A DNA stretch of 64,000 bases from Anaeromyxobacter sp. (GTDB lineage Bacteria > Myxococcota > Myxococcia > Myxococcales > Anaeromyxobacteraceae), in the NCBI GenBank assembly GCA_049840735.1, contig JASGJN010000017.1, forward strand, positions 416,001-480,000, read 5' to 3'. Position 1 is the first letter of the stretch, and the number at the start of each line of letters is the position of its first letter. The position numbers were made by a program, and so were the translations under genes. The notes below the pieces were generated by a model that worked only from the letters and a program-made list of their open reading frames with translations, had not been told where the DNA came from and made no database searches. Positions 22,138 to 35,236 of this stretch are shown one piece after another.

Positions 22138-22277
22138 CCGTTCGGGCTGAGCCCTTCGACAGGCTCAGGGCAGGCGGAGTCGAAGCCCAGGGGCCGCGCC
22201 CGGCCATGGTTCGACTCCGGGCGCGCCCAGGGGGCTGATGACCTCCACCAGCGCGCCCTACGCTCACCATGACCGGG
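22138..22277. repeat. REP-like pair between convergent genes
   Basis: CCGTTCGGGCTGAGCCCTTCGACAGGCTCAGGGCAGGCGGAGTCGAAGCCC followed by an inverted copy TTCGACTCCG...CTACGCTCACCATGACCGGG. Confidence 0.8.
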
Positions 22278-22340
22278 TGGCTCAGAAGGCGCCGCCGTCG
22301 GATCCTGTTCGCCCGGACAGGGCTGGCGGGCTCCGCCCCT

Positions 22341-23001
22341 TCACCCCTTCGTCACCAGCATCGGACTCCCCTGCTGCAGCGCCTCCAACGCCGCCAGGAA
22401 CCCCGCCTCCCCTTCCCTCAGGATCCGCTCGCGCACGGCGCCCTCGACGCCCACCAGCAGCAGGAACGCCACCCGGCCGTGCTTGGTCCGCAGCGGCGGC
22501 AGCCCCGGGGCGTCCACCACCAGGAACGCGGTCAGCGGGTTGGCGGGGATCACCGTCGATGGGCCCGGAACCGAGCGTCTGGCCCACGGCGAGCCGCTCC
22601 CCCGCCAGCTCGGCGCGCGCCGCGTTCACCAGCACGGTGATGGGCCACCGGGGCGGCTCCGCCTCGCCGGGGCGCTTGGCCACGCGCAGGGTCAGCTCGT
22701 GGCCGAGGCCGCTGTCCGGGCCGGGGGTGGTCTTCTCGAAGAGGTCGGACAGGCCCAGGCCGACGTAGTGCCAGTGGGTGTCGGCGTCGAAGGTCCAGAG
22801 CTGGTCGAGGGGGTTCTCCGGCGGGACGCGCTTGTCCTCGTGCCGGCTCAGCCCCTGCGGCGCGGTGATGCGGGGCGAGACGCCGGCGTGGAACGCGGCC
22901 AGGCAGAGCTCGATGGCGTCCAGGCCGGCGGCGGGCGGGACCTCCTCGAGCTTGGTGGAAGGCGCGGCCTTTCCGCGCTTGAACAGGTCGAAGAGGCCCA
23001 T
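22341..23001 (-). CDS. Suppressor-of-fused (SUFU) domain protein, frameshift near 22548
   Basis: GLDAI, PLDQLW, HWHYVGLGLSDL, SGLGHELTLRV, PPRWP, LRTKHGRVAFLLLVGV. GGAGG RBS. Confidence 0.8.
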
Positions 23002-23097
23002 GGCCTCCAGCAGACCAGGGCGGCGGACCGGGCGCAAGCCCGCCGGCACCTCGCCGCAGCCTGGCGCCGGCCGCCCCTGCTAGACTCCTCCGCCCGC

Positions 23098-23955
23098 ATG
23101 CTCAAGAGCCGCCTCCAGCTCCTCGCCGCCGCCGCGCTCTGGTCCACCGCCGGGGCGGCCATGAAGCTGTGCCACCTCTCCGGCTGGCAAATCGCCGGGG
23201 GGCGCTCGCTCATCGCGGGGCTGTTCCTGCTGGCGTTGGTGCCGGAGTCGCGGCGCCGGCCCACCTGGCCGGTGCTGCTCACGGCGCTGGCCTACGCGGG
23301 CACGGTGATCCTGTTCGCGATCTCGAACAAGCTCACCACCGCCGCCAACGCCATCTTCATCCAGGACACCGCGCCGCTGTGGGTGCTGCTCCTCTCGCCG
23401 CTGGTGCTGGGCGAGCGGCCGGCCCGGGGCGAGCTCTTGGCGGTGCCGGTCTTCGGCATCGGCCTGGCCATGTTCTTCCTCGACGAGCTCTCCCCGGGCC
23501 AGCTCAACGGCAACCTGGTGGCGCTCGCCTCCGGCGTGGCCTTCGCCTTCTGCATCCTGGGGCTGCGCAAGGTGCACTTCCACGGCGCGGCCGCGCTGGT
23601 GTGGGGCAACCTGATCGCCGCGGCCATCGCCCTGCCGCTCTGGACCACCGGGCCGGCAGCCCGCCCGCTCGACCTGGGGCTGCTGCTGTTCCTGGGCGTC
23701 TTCCAGCTGGGCCTCTCCTACCTGCTCTTCGCGCGCGGCGTGTCCGGCGTGACGGCGCTGGAGGCCTCGCTGCTGGTGCTGCTCGAGCCGGTGCTCAATC
23801 CCATCTGGACCTTCCTCTTCACCGGCGAGGTGCCGGGCCCCTGGGCGCTGGCCGGCGGCGCGGTGGTGCTGGGGGCCACGGTCTGGCGGACCGTCGGCCC
23901 GGCCCTGGCCACCCGGATCCGTCCTGCGGGCGCCGGGGACGCTGGCCGGGGGTGA
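23098..23955 (+). CDS. EamA/DMT family transporter
   Basis: Ten TM helices in two repeats, ANAIFIQDTAPLWV, LLEPVLNPIW. Confidence 0.88.
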   Translation: MLKSRLQLLAAAALWSTAGAAMKLCHLSGWQIAGGRSLIAGLFLLALVPESRRRPTWPVLLTALAYAGTVILFAISNKLTTAANAIFIQDTAPLWVLLLSPLVLGERPARGELLAVPVFGIGLAMFFLDELSPGQLNGNLVALASGVAFAFCILGLRKVHFHGAAALVWGNLIAAAIALPLWTTGPAARPLDLGLLLFLGVFQLGLSYLLFARGVSGVTALEASLLVLLEPVLNPIWTFLFTGEVPGPWALAGGAVVLGATVWRTVGPALATRIRPAGAGDAGRG

Positions 23956-24027
23956 GCGGCCCCGGGGCCGTGGTACGTTCGGACCATCTGGCCGCCGCCT
24001 CCGGCAGCGTGGCCGGGGCGCCCTGGC

Positions 24028-24698
24028 TCACGCGCGCAGGGTTCCTCCCCCGGCGCCGCCCCGCCCCGCCGCGCCCGGTCCGCCTCGATCACCGCCAGCG
24101 ACTCCGCGAACGCGTGCTGCACGCCCCGCAGCACCAGCGTCACGCCGGCGATGATCTGGGCCAGCAGCGGGAAGAGCGCCACCGCGGTCACCACCGCCTC
24201 GATCTGCTCGTGCCGCGGGAAGGCCAGCAGCCCCTTCCCCAGCACCTCCTCCGGCAGCCCCGCCAGCATGGCCAGCGTGAAGAGCAGCATCACCGCGGCC
24301 AGGACGCCGGAGAGCGGCCCCAGCAGCAGCGCCGCGAAGACCACCGCCACCAGGCCGTTGGCCACCGGCACGATGCGCAGGCCGAAGAGCAGCGCCGAGA
24401 CCGCGAACACGCCCAGGCCGCCCAGCACGTAGACCCAGGCCCGCACGGCGTAGGGGATGCGCCGCGCCAGCGTCACCGCCACCACCGGCACCACCAGCGC
24501 CCAGCCGAAGGCCACCACCGGCGGGCTCACCTCCAGCACCGCGCCGGTCAGCGCCACCATGCAGGCGAAGGTGATGACCGACTGGATGCGCAAGAGCGTG
24601 TCCAGCGCGCGGGCGCGCCAGGTGGCGAGGTGCAGCTCGGTGGTGGCCAGCTCGTCGGGAGCGAGCTGCGGCTCGGAGGCCGGGGGCGCGTCGGGCAT
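24028..24698 (-). CDS. Hypothetical multi-pass membrane protein (3' end uncertain)
   Basis: MPDAPP... with 5-6 hydrophobic segments. As given the frame runs into the EamA gene; a TGA at 24028-24030 in another frame is the likely true end. Confidence 0.5.
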
Positions 24699-24736
24699 GG
24701 TGGGCTCAGGAAGTGGGACGCCTGGAGGTGGGCGGC

Positions 24737-25991
24737 TCAGCGGACGGCCAGGCCGCGCTTCTCGCCGGCACGGGGCGCCGGGATCGGCGGCGGCTCCGCC
24801 GGCTCGGGCCGCCCGTGCGGCGGCTCCGGGCGCGCCTCCGGCGGCCGCTCCTCGCGGAAGAAGGCCTCCACCTCGTCGCGCCGGGCCAGCGTGTCGGCGT
24901 AGCCCAGCTCCATGGCGCGGCGCAGGTAGACCGGCTCGAAGGCCAGGTAGCTGAGCAGATCCTCGCCGGCGTGGCCGGTGGCGCCGAATCCCCTTGAGCA
25001 GGTAGCGGAGCATGGCCGGGAAGCGGCTGTACTCGTCCGCCGCCAGCAGCCCCAGGTCCTGGGACGGGCGCAGCACCAGCGCCGGGATGGGACGCACGTC
25101 CGTCCCGCCCTGCCCCAGCTTCTCCGGCGGCACCAGCGCCAGCGTCCGGTTGATGCGCTGCAACCGCTCCAGGTCGGAGTCGAGCGAGTCGAGGAAGACC
25201 GCGTTGAGCAGCACGCCCACGATCTCCGAGATGGGCAGGAGGTCGGCCTTGGCCTCCGCCTCCTGCCGCGCCACCTCCACCGGCGCCCGCAGGTGTCGGA
25301 CGCTGATGGCCACCACGCGGTCGGCGCCCAGGTGGATGGCCGGGCTCATCGGGTAGTTCATGCGGACCACCCCGTCGCCGAAGTAGGTCCGGTCGATCTT
25401 CACCGGCGGGAAGAAGATGGGGATGGCGGCCGAGGCCATGACGTGATCGACGTTGAGCCGGGCCCGGACGCCGATGCGGGTGGACCGGGCCCAGGGCTCG
25501 ATGTCGGCGGCGCCCTCGAAGAAGGTGACGCCGTGGCCGGTGAGGTAGCTGGTGGCCGAGACCGCCACGCCGCGGATCCGCCTCGCCCGCAGGTGGTGGC
25601 GCATCCGGCCCATGGGGATCCCGCGCGTGATGAGCTCGCGCAGCGGCGCCGGGTCGAGGAGGTAGTTGATGCCGCTCTTGCCGATCAGCCCGCCCGCGGA
25701 GAGGTCGCGGATCCAGCGCGAGCCGATGCGCGCCAGCCCCAGCGTCCCCGTCTTGTAGACGCGGTCGGGCGTGAGCTGGGCCCAGGTGGCGTGCAGCCGG
25801 GCGGCCATGCCGCGGAAGTCATCGGCGCCGCAGGCCAGCACCACGCTGTTGATGGCGCCGGCGCTGATCCCCGCCAGCACCGAGAATGGCAGCGGCCCCG
25901 CGGGCAATATCTCCGAGAGGGCGCGGATCGCGCCCACCTGGTATGCGGAGCGGGCGCCGCCGCCCGTCAGGACGAGGCCGTAGTGGCCCAT
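24737..25991 (-). CDS. Patatin-like phospholipase, frameshift near 24988
   Basis: GGGARSAY, GISAG nucleophile elbow, ASAAIP, DGV. After the shift reads IGATGHAGEDLLSYLAF to TGA at 24737-24739. Confidence 0.88.
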
Positions 25992-26073
25992 CGACTGCAA
26001 CCTAGCCCGTCCGCCGCGCTGCGGCATGCTGCCGAGGACGGAGACCCGTTCCTCGACCGGCGCCGGTGGCGGC

Positions 26074-26269
26074 GGAGCTGGGGTGAACGGGCTTAGCGCT
26101 GGCCAACGACCCAGCGGAGGCGGAGCGGGGCACGCGTCCTCCCTCGCGACGAGCAGGTGAGCAACCCTTTGCTCCTAAACTGGGGCGCGCGTCCGCGCCA
26201 CAGGACCCAACGCAGCGCGACAGGGGAGCGCAGAAACAACCCTACAGAGACGTGAACCCAGACCCCTCC
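26074..26269. ncRNA. Candidate structured non-coding element (ncRNA or MITE); no family recognised
   Basis: Intergenic, visibly less GC-rich, complementary ends (GGAG-CTGGG-GTGAACG / CGTGAAC-CCAG..CTCC) and three internal hairpins. Confidence 0.4.
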
Positions 26270-26283
26270 GGCGTGCCGAGGCC

Positions 26284-27294
26284 TCAGCCGACCAGCTGCG
26301 AGGCGAACGGGAAGAGTCCGAACGCGCCCCCCGTATGGAAGAACACCACCCGCGGCGACGGAAGCCCGCCGGGTTGCTGCGCGCGGGTGGCCACGCCCAG
26401 CATGGCCTTCCCGGTGTAGACCGGATCGAGCAGCACCCCGTCCTCGCGCGCCGCCCGCGCGATCAGCGCCAGCCCCTCCGCCGTGGGCTGCGCGTAGCCC
26501 GGGCCGACGAAGCCGTCGTCCACTGCCACCTCGGCAGGCGGCACCTCCGGCAGCGCCGGCCAGCGGCGGCGGGCCTCCGCGCAGAGCCCGGCGATCACGC
26601 CGCGGAAGTGGGCCGCGTCGCGCCAGACCGCGAACCCGAGCGGCCGCGCCGAGCGCCACCCCAGCAGCCGCACGCCCAGCTCGATCCCGGCGCCGGTGCC
26701 GCCCGAGCCGACCGCGTAGGCCAGCGTGAGCGGGCCGTCGCGCCAGGCGTCCGGCAGCTGGGCCCGGAGCTCGGCCACCGCCAGCACGTAGCCCAGGCAG
26801 CCCAGCGCGGAGGAGCCGCCCTCGGGGATGACGTAGGGGCGCCGCCCGCCGGCGCGCAGCTCGGCGGACACGTCCTCCATGAGCGCGTCGCGCCGCTCGT
26901 ACTGCGCCGGCCCGATGAAGCGCAGCTGCGCCCCCGCCAGCCGGTCCAGCAGCACGTTGGCCTCGGGCGGCGGCGGGTGGGCCGGGTCGGCCGTGCGGAG
27001 CAGCAGCACCGTCTCGAGCCCGCGCCGCGCGGCGGCGAAGGCGGTGGCCCGGCAGTGGTTGGACTGGATCCCGCCGCAGGTCACGACCGTGTCGGCCCCC
27101 TGCCGCTCCGCCTCGGCCAGCAGGTACTCCAGCTTGCGGGCCTTGTTGCCCGAGAGCTCCAGGCCGGTCAGGTCGTCGCGCTTGTAGAGCAGGTCGATCC
27201 CGAGCGCGGCCCCCATCCGCGCGGACGGCTCGAGGGGCGTGGGCAGGCGCGCCAGCGGCGCGCGCGGCGGCAGGTTCACGCGCGGGGGGAGCAT
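26284..27294 (-). CDS. D-cysteine desulfhydrase / ACC deaminase family PLP enzyme
   Basis: KRDDLTG...SGNKARKLEY, GGIQSNH, IPEGGS, GSGGT, LDPVYTGKA, HTGG. Confidence 0.9.
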   Translation of the reverse strand: MLPPRVNLPPRAPLARLPTPLEPSARMGAALGIDLLYKRDDLTGLELSGNKARKLEYLLAEAERQGADTVVTCGGIQSNHCRATAFAAARRGLETVLLLRTADPAHPPPPEANVLLDRLAGAQLRFIGPAQYERRDALMEDVSAELRAGGRRPYVIPEGGSSALGCLGYVLAVAELRAQLPDAWRDGPLTLAYAVGSGGTGAGIELGVRLLGWRSARPLGFAVWRDAAHFRGVIAGLCAEARRRWPALPEVPPAEVAVDDGFVGPGYAQPTAEGLALIARAAREDGVLLDPVYTGKAMLGVATRAQQPGGLPSPRVVFFHTGGAFGLFPFASQLVG

Positions 27295-27479
27295 GGACGC
27301 GGAGCCTAGCACCTCGGCGCGGCTGCCCCGGCGCCGCCTGGGGTGGGTGCGTGCGCCCGGGCACCGACCGGCCTGCCGAGGAGCGCCGGCGGTCCGGAGC
27401 GGAAGGCGCGTTCCACGGTTGGTGACGGCCAGGCCCTGCCCGGCGGCGTCCGGCCCGCGCAAGACCTCGGGACGCGCGC

Positions 27480-27495
27480 TGGCCCGGAGGTCGCA
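27480..27495 (+). promoter_or_regulatory. Possible sigma54 promoter for the collagen-like lipoprotein
   Basis: TGGCCCGGAGGTCGCA has GG-N10-GC spacing about 55 nt upstream of the ATG; weak match. Confidence 0.3.
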
Positions 27496-27548
27496 AGGCG
27501 AGCGCGCCGGGGACGGCCGCCCTGCAGGCGACCGCCCGGGGAGGATCG

Positions 27549-29108
27549 ATGATCCGGGGCATCACCTGGGCGGGCGCGCTGGCGCTCGCGGTGGCGGTGG
27601 TCGGCATGGGCTGCGGGGTCAACTCGGGCGGGCCGGAAGGCTCCACCGGCAACACCGGGCCGACGGGCCCGACCGGGCCGACAGGTCCAACCGGACCGAC
27701 CGGGCCCACGGGGCCCACGGGGCCGACCGGCCCGACCGGCCCCACTGGACCGACGGGTCCCACCGGGCCCACCGGCCCGGCCGGCTTCGAGTTCGGCACC
27801 CCCGGCCCCTGGCCGGTGGCCAACACCTCCTACGGCCCCGCCGACGGGCTGCGCGAGTCGCCGGTGGTCGGCTTCACCACCGACGAGGATCAGAATCGCT
27901 GGATCGCCACCCACGGCGCCCTCTACCTCCTCCGCCCCGGTGACACGGCGCTCCACCGCTACGACGAGACGGACGGCCTTCACATGGGCGGCAACCGCGT
28001 CCACTACTGCAACGGCCGGCAGATCGCGACGAACAGGGTCTGCACCGGCATCGAGGGCTGGGGCTCCGCCGCGCCTCCCGGGATCACCGCCATCGTGGGC
28101 GGCGGGCCGGGCGAGGTGTTCGTCGGCTACGCCGCCACCCACCCGGACGAGAACGACTGCGGCGGCAACGGCAACGGCGAGGACTGGTGCGATCCGTACA
28201 AGCACACCGGGAAGATCGACCGGGTCCGGCTGCAGCCCGACGGCACGCTGCTGGTCGACCGCATGGACCTGGTGGCCATCAACCACGGCGGCAAGTACTG
28301 GCACGACCGCTGGATCCTGCGCCTCGTCTACGACCACCACATCCACCCGCACACGCTCTACGCCGGCACCGAGCACGGCGTCACCTTGCTCTTCCCGGAC
28401 AGGTTCCGGCTCCCCAACGACGGCGAGTGGTTCAACGACGCCTACAAGGAGTGGATGGGCGACCACCTCCACGCCCAGGTCTGCTTCGAGCGCGCATGCG
28501 ACGGCACCGGCGGCCAGCGCATGGGCGACTGGTACGGCCTGGCCATCGACGCGGAGGGCGACCTCTGGCTCGCCGGGCGGTGGGCGGCGGGCGCCATCAC
28601 CTGGGACCCGGATCCCTCGAACTGGGTGGCGCGCAACGGCGCCGCCTTCAAGGCCGCCTTCGGCGACCCGTACGACGGCCCGGGCTCGGGCAGCGTGCCG
28701 GTCTTCCCGGTCGCCAAGGAGGGACACTCGGTCTGGCTGACCTCGGTGGCGGTCTGCCCGGACGGCCGGGTCTGGTTCGGCAGCCTGGGGCCGGACGACG
28801 GCGTCCCGTACACCCTGGCCGCCTGGGACGGCCGGACCTTCCAGTACTTCAACGCCGGCGCGACCGGCCTGCCGGAGCAGGCGGTGAAGGACCTGGTGTG
28901 CCTGCCGGACGGCCGGCTGGTGCTGGCCTCGTCCTACAGCGGCGCGGTGATCTGGGACCCCGGCACCGGCGCCTCGAGGACCCTGCGCGGCGGGCGGGAG
29001 CTGCCCAGCGACGTGATCCTGAACCTCGAGGTGGACACCATGCCCGACCCGCCCACGCTCCACGTCTCCACCGCCGGGGGAGCGGCCGCGCTGCGGGTCC
29101 TGCCCTGA
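27549..29108 (+). CDS. Lipoprotein with collagen-like stalk and probable beta-propeller domain
   Basis: Signal peptide ending VGMG-C, (GPT)13-GPA, then repeats such as [37 protein letters not shown]. Confidence 0.8.
   Translation: MIRGITWAGALALAVAVVGMGCGVNSGGPEGSTGNTGPTGPTGPTGPTGPTGPTGPTGPTGPTGPTGPTGPTGPTGPAGFEFGTPGPWPVANTSYGPADGLRESPVVGFTTDEDQNRWIATHGALYLLRPGDTALHRYDETDGLHMGGNRVHYCNGRQIATNRVCTGIEGWGSAAPPGITAIVGGGPGEVFVGYAATHPDENDCGGNGNGEDWCDPYKHTGKIDRVRLQPDGTLLVDRMDLVAINHGGKYWHDRWILRLVYDHHIHPHTLYAGTEHGVTLLFPDRFRLPNDGEWFNDAYKEWMGDHLHAQVCFERACDGTGGQRMGDWYGLAIDAEGDLWLAGRWAAGAITWDPDPSNWVARNGAAFKAAFGDPYDGPGSGSVPVFPVAKEGHSVWLTSVAVCPDGRVWFGSLGPDDGVPYTLAAWDGRTFQYFNAGATGLPEQAVKDLVCLPDGRLVLASSYSGAVIWDPGTGASRTLRGGRELPSDVILNLEVDTMPDPPTLHVSTAGGAAALRVLP
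27657..27782 (+). repeat. 9-bp coding repeat encoding (GPT)13-GPA
   Basis: GGN CCN ACN x13 with varied third positions. Confidence 0.95.
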
Positions 29109-29226
29109 GCCGGGCCGGCTCCGGGGGCGCCTGTCCGGGCCCCCGGGCCGATGTCGGGCACCGTCCCACCCGAATCCGCCGCTCGGGAATGGCCTGCAAC
29201 CGCCAGACCCTGGTAAAAATGCGCCC

Positions 29227-30411
29227 ATGGCTCGAGTGGCGCAGGTGCTGGACAGGATCTCCTTGCGGTTCTGGATCACCGGGCTGGTCGCGGCGGGCGC
29301 CGTGGCCACCGCGCTGGTGCAGTGGCTGGTCATCTCCTCGCAGGGGGCGACCCGCAGCGCGCTGGTGGGGGGCTTGGTGGTGGCGCTGATCTCGTCGGCG
29401 CTCTCCTTCCTGGCGCTGACCCGGCTGCTCTCGCCGCTCCGCACGCTGGGGGCGGCGGCCCGCGCCATCAGCCGCGGCGACCTCTCCGCCAAGGTGGACA
29501 GCCGCGGGACCGCCGAGCTGGGCGAGCTGGCCAACGGCATGAGCAACATGACCACGCGCCTGCAGGCCACGCTGGGCGAGCTGCGCCAGGCGGCGCTCTC
29601 CACCCGGACCGGCGCCGGCGGCATCCAGGAGAGCGTGGCCCACCTGGCCGCGATGAGCGCCCAGCAGGCCGCGGCGGTCAACGAGACCACCACCACCGCC
29701 TCCGAGATCGCCCAGACGTCCAAGGCCGCCACCGCCCACGCCGACTCGGTGATCGAGATGACGCAGCGGTCGGACGACCTCTCGCGCGAGGGCCTCAGCA
29801 CCGTCGAGGAGGCGGTCAAGGCCAGCGCCAGCCTGGGCGACCAGGTGAACAAGATCGCCGCGGTGATGTCCGAGCTCTCCGAGCGGACCCAGCAGGTGGG
29901 CGAGATCATCGCCTCGGTGAAGGACCTGGCCGAGCAGTCCAACCTGCTGGCCCTCAACGCCTCCATCGAGGCCTCCAAGGCCGGCGAGCACGGCCGCGGC
30001 TTCTCCGTGGTGGCCATGGAGATGCGGAACCTGGCCGAGCAGTCCAAGCAGGCCGCGGTCCAGATCCGCGCCATCCTGCAGGAGATCCAGCGCGGCGCCC
30101 GCGAGGCGGCGGCGGCCACCGACGAGGGCGCCAAGCGCGCCGGCGCGGCCGTGACGCTCTCCCGCAGCGCGGGCGACGCCATCGAGGGGCTCGCGTCGGT
30201 GATCAAGGAGTCGGCCCTGGCCGCGCGCCAGATCGCCGCCAACACCCGGCAGCAGACCATCGGCGTCGAGCAGATCGTCTCGGCCATCTCCGAGCTCTCG
30301 ACGGTGATCAACGAGAGCGCCGAGCGCACCCGGTCCATCGAGCAGAACTCGGCCTCGCTGGCCTCGGTCTCCGAGCAGCTGGCGGCGACGCTGCAGAGCT
30401 ACCGGGTGTGA
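29227..30411 (+). CDS. Methyl-accepting chemotaxis protein (2 TM, HAMP, MA domain)
   Basis: [29 protein letters not shown] signalling hairpin; HAMP GDLS...ELGEL. Confidence 0.93.
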   Translation: MARVAQVLDRISLRFWITGLVAAGAVATALVQWLVISSQGATRSALVGGLVVALISSALSFLALTRLLSPLRTLGAAARAISRGDLSAKVDSRGTAELGELANGMSNMTTRLQATLGELRQAALSTRTGAGGIQESVAHLAAMSAQQAAAVNETTTTASEIAQTSKAATAHADSVIEMTQRSDDLSREGLSTVEEAVKASASLGDQVNKIAAVMSELSERTQQVGEIIASVKDLAEQSNLLALNASIEASKAGEHGRGFSVVAMEMRNLAEQSKQAAVQIRAILQEIQRGAREAAAATDEGAKRAGAAVTLSRSAGDAIEGLASVIKESALAARQIAANTRQQTIGVEQIVSAISELSTVINESAERTRSIEQNSASLASVSEQLAATLQSYRV

Positions 30412-30431
30412 TGCGGGGGCGTCAGGCCCCT

Positions 30432-30858
30432 GCCCTTCGACTCCGCGCCCGCTGCGCGGGCGCTACGCTCAGGGCGAACGGGGGCCGCGCAGGCCGGAGG
30501 CCCGTTCATGCGAACGGGGGCCGCGGCCGGCTCGCCCATGCGGACGCTTGCGCAGGCTGGAAACCCGCTCGTGCTGAGCGTAGGGCGCCGGCGGCTGCGC
30601 CGCGCGAACGGAGCCTCCCGGGACCGCCACGGCTTCCTCCCGTTCGTGTTGAGCGTAGCGCCGGCGGCTGCGCCGCGCGAACGGAGCCTCCCGGGGACCG
30701 CCACGGCTTCCTCCCGTCCGTGCTGAGCGTAGGGCCCGGCGGCTGCGCCGCGCGAACGGAGCCTCCCGGGACCGCCACGGCTTCCTCCCGTTCGTGCTGA
30801 GCGTAGGGCCGGCGATCTCGACACCCGGAACAGTGGGCCGGCCCGGAGTCGAAGCACG
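30432..30858. repeat. REP-like cluster containing a 74-75 bp tandem repeat (three full copies plus a partial fourth)
   Basis: Units start at 30564, 30639, 30713 and 30787 (CCCGTTCGTGCTGAGCGTAG...GAACGGAGCCTCCCGGGACCGCCACGGCTTCCT). Flanked by CCCTTCGACTCC...CTACGCTCAGGGCGAACGG and GGAGTCGAAGCACG. Confidence 0.92.
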
Positions 30859-30870
30859 AGAAGGGGCGGC

Positions 30871-31497
30871 TCACCGCCTGCGCCCCGCCCCCACCTTCCT
30901 GGCGGCCTCGGCCAGGTTCTCGTAGCGCTGGCATCCCACCACGCGGACCGGGTCGTCCGCGCCATCCGCCACGAAGTCGAACGTCGGGACGCCGCGCACG
31001 CCGGCGGCCAGCGCCTGCGCGCGCGCCTGGTCGACGCGGGCCAGCAGCGCCGGCTCGGCGGCGGCCTGGACCGCGGCCTCGGGATCCAGCCCCACCTCGC
31101 GCGCCAGCCAGCGCAGGTCCTCGTCCTCCTCGATGCCCCAGCCGCGCCGCCAGTAGGCGTCGAAGGCCAGGGCGCGGAAGGGCTCCAGCCGGCCCTGATC
31201 GCGGGCGTGCTCGGCCGCGGCCAGCGCCCGCCGGGTGGAGGCCAGGTGGGCGGGGGGGCGAAGGTCGTCGATGCCGAACCCCTCTGCGAACCCCTTCACG
31301 TAGCCCAGCATGGCCCCGGCCTGGGGGAAGACCTGGGCCAGCGGGACCCCGCCGCGCGGCGTGCCGGGGTGGAGCTCGTAGCCAATCCACTCCACCGGCA
31401 GCTCGAACTCCTCCACCAGCCGGACCAGGCTGCTCCGCTCGGCGACGAAGCAGAACGGGCAGATGAGGTCGGAGTAGAGCCGGAGGCGCGCGGGCAC
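30871..31497 (-). CDS. DsbA/FrnE-family thioredoxin-fold protein
   Basis: SDLICPFC, YELHP, GVRGVPTF. Confidence 0.88.
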   Translation of the reverse strand: MPARLRLYSDLICPFCFVAERSSLVRLVEEFELPVEWIGYELHPGTPRGGVPLAQVFPQAGAMLGYVKGFAEGFGIDDLRPPAHLASTRRALAAAEHARDQGRLEPFRALAFDAYWRRGWGIEEDEDLRWLAREVGLDPEAAVQAAAEPALLARVDQARAQALAAGVRGVPTFDFVADGADDPVRVVGCQRYENLAEAARKVGAGRRR

Positions 31498-31574
31498 GGC
31501 GGTGAGTTAACCCGCCGGTGCCCCCCGCACCACCTTCGCTCACCCGCCGCGGCCTCCCGCCGCGCCCGGGCTGA

Positions 31575-34247
<2,673 letters not shown>

Positions 34248-34252
34248 GCCGC

Positions 34253-35236
34253 ATGGACTACCGCCCCGCCCGCTGGCTCCCCGGCGCCCACGCCATGACC
34301 GTTTTCGCCAGCGTGGCCCGCCCCTGGCCGCGGCCGGCCCCCCGCCGCGAGCGCTGGGAGCTGCCGGACGGCGACTTCCTCGACGTGGACCGCTTCGCGG
34401 GGCCGTCGCCGGACGCGCCGGTGCTGGTGGTGCTGCACGGCCTGGAGGGCTCGTCGCGCGCCCCCTACGTGCGCGGCCTGGTGGCGCTGGCCCGCGAGCG
34501 CGGCATGGGGGCGCTGGCGCTCAACTTCCGCGGCTGCTCCGGCGAGGAGAACCGGCTGGCGCGCTTCTACCACTCCGGCGAGACCGGCGACGTGGCCTTC
34601 GCCGTGGATCGCCTGGTGGCGGAGCGCCCCGGCCGCCCGGTGCTGGTCTCGGGCTTCTCGCTGGGCGGCAACGTGGTGGCCAAGTACCTGGGCGAGCGCG
34701 GCGAGGACCTGCCGCCGGAGCTGCTGGGCGGCGCCGTCATCTCGGTCCCCTTCGACCTGGCCCGCTCGGCGGCCGCCATCGACGGCCCCGGCTTCTGGAA
34801 CTGGGTCTACCGCGAGCGGTTCCTGCGCCGGCTGCGGCGCAAGGCGCTGCACAAGGCGCGGCGCTACCCGGAGGTCTTCGACGTGCCGGCCGTCCGCGCG
34901 GCCCGCACCTTCTCCGCCTATGACCAGGTGGTCACCTCGCGCATCCACGGCTTCGCCTCGGCCCTCGACTACTGGACCCAGTGCTCGGCCGGGCGCTTCA
35001 TCGGCGGCGTGCGCCGGCCGCTGCTGGCGGTGGCCGCGCTGGACGATCCCATGGTCCCGCCCGGCTCCCTGCCGCTGGAGGCCGCCAGGCAGAACCCGTT
35101 CGTCACCCTGGTCACCACCGACGCCGGCGGCCACGTGGCCTTCGTGGCCGGCGCGCCGTTCTGGCCCAGCTTCTGGGCGGAGGCGCGGGCCGTGGGCTTC
35201 CTGGGCGACGTGGTGGAGGCGGCGCGGCGGGCCTAG
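34253..35236 (+). CDS. YheT-family alpha/beta hydrolase
   Basis: LPDGDFLD, HGLEGSS, NFRGCSG, GFSLGG, DDP, GGHV. Confidence 0.88.
   Translation: MDYRPARWLPGAHAMTVFASVARPWPRPAPRRERWELPDGDFLDVDRFAGPSPDAPVLVVLHGLEGSSRAPYVRGLVALARERGMGALALNFRGCSGEENRLARFYHSGETGDVAFAVDRLVAERPGRPVLVSGFSLGGNVVAKYLGERGEDLPPELLGGAVISVPFDLARSAAAIDGPGFWNWVYRERFLRRLRRKALHKARRYPEVFDVPAVRAARTFSAYDQVVTSRIHGFASALDYWTQCSAGRFIGGVRRPLLAVAALDDPMVPPGSLPLEAARQNPFVTLVTTDAGGHVAFVAGAPFWPSFWAEARAVGFLGDVVEAARRA

Noticed and set aside
23718..26027. 769-aa patatin-membrane fusion ORF
   Set aside because: Produced by the frameshift near 24988; the repaired patatin stops at 24737
26093..27826. Minus-strand (GPV)n collagen ORF
   Set aside because: Antisense mirror of the (GPT)n repeat; the plus-strand gene has an RBS and signal peptide
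30564..30810. CRISPR array
   Set aside because: Whole units repeat with no unique spacers, and no cas genes are present
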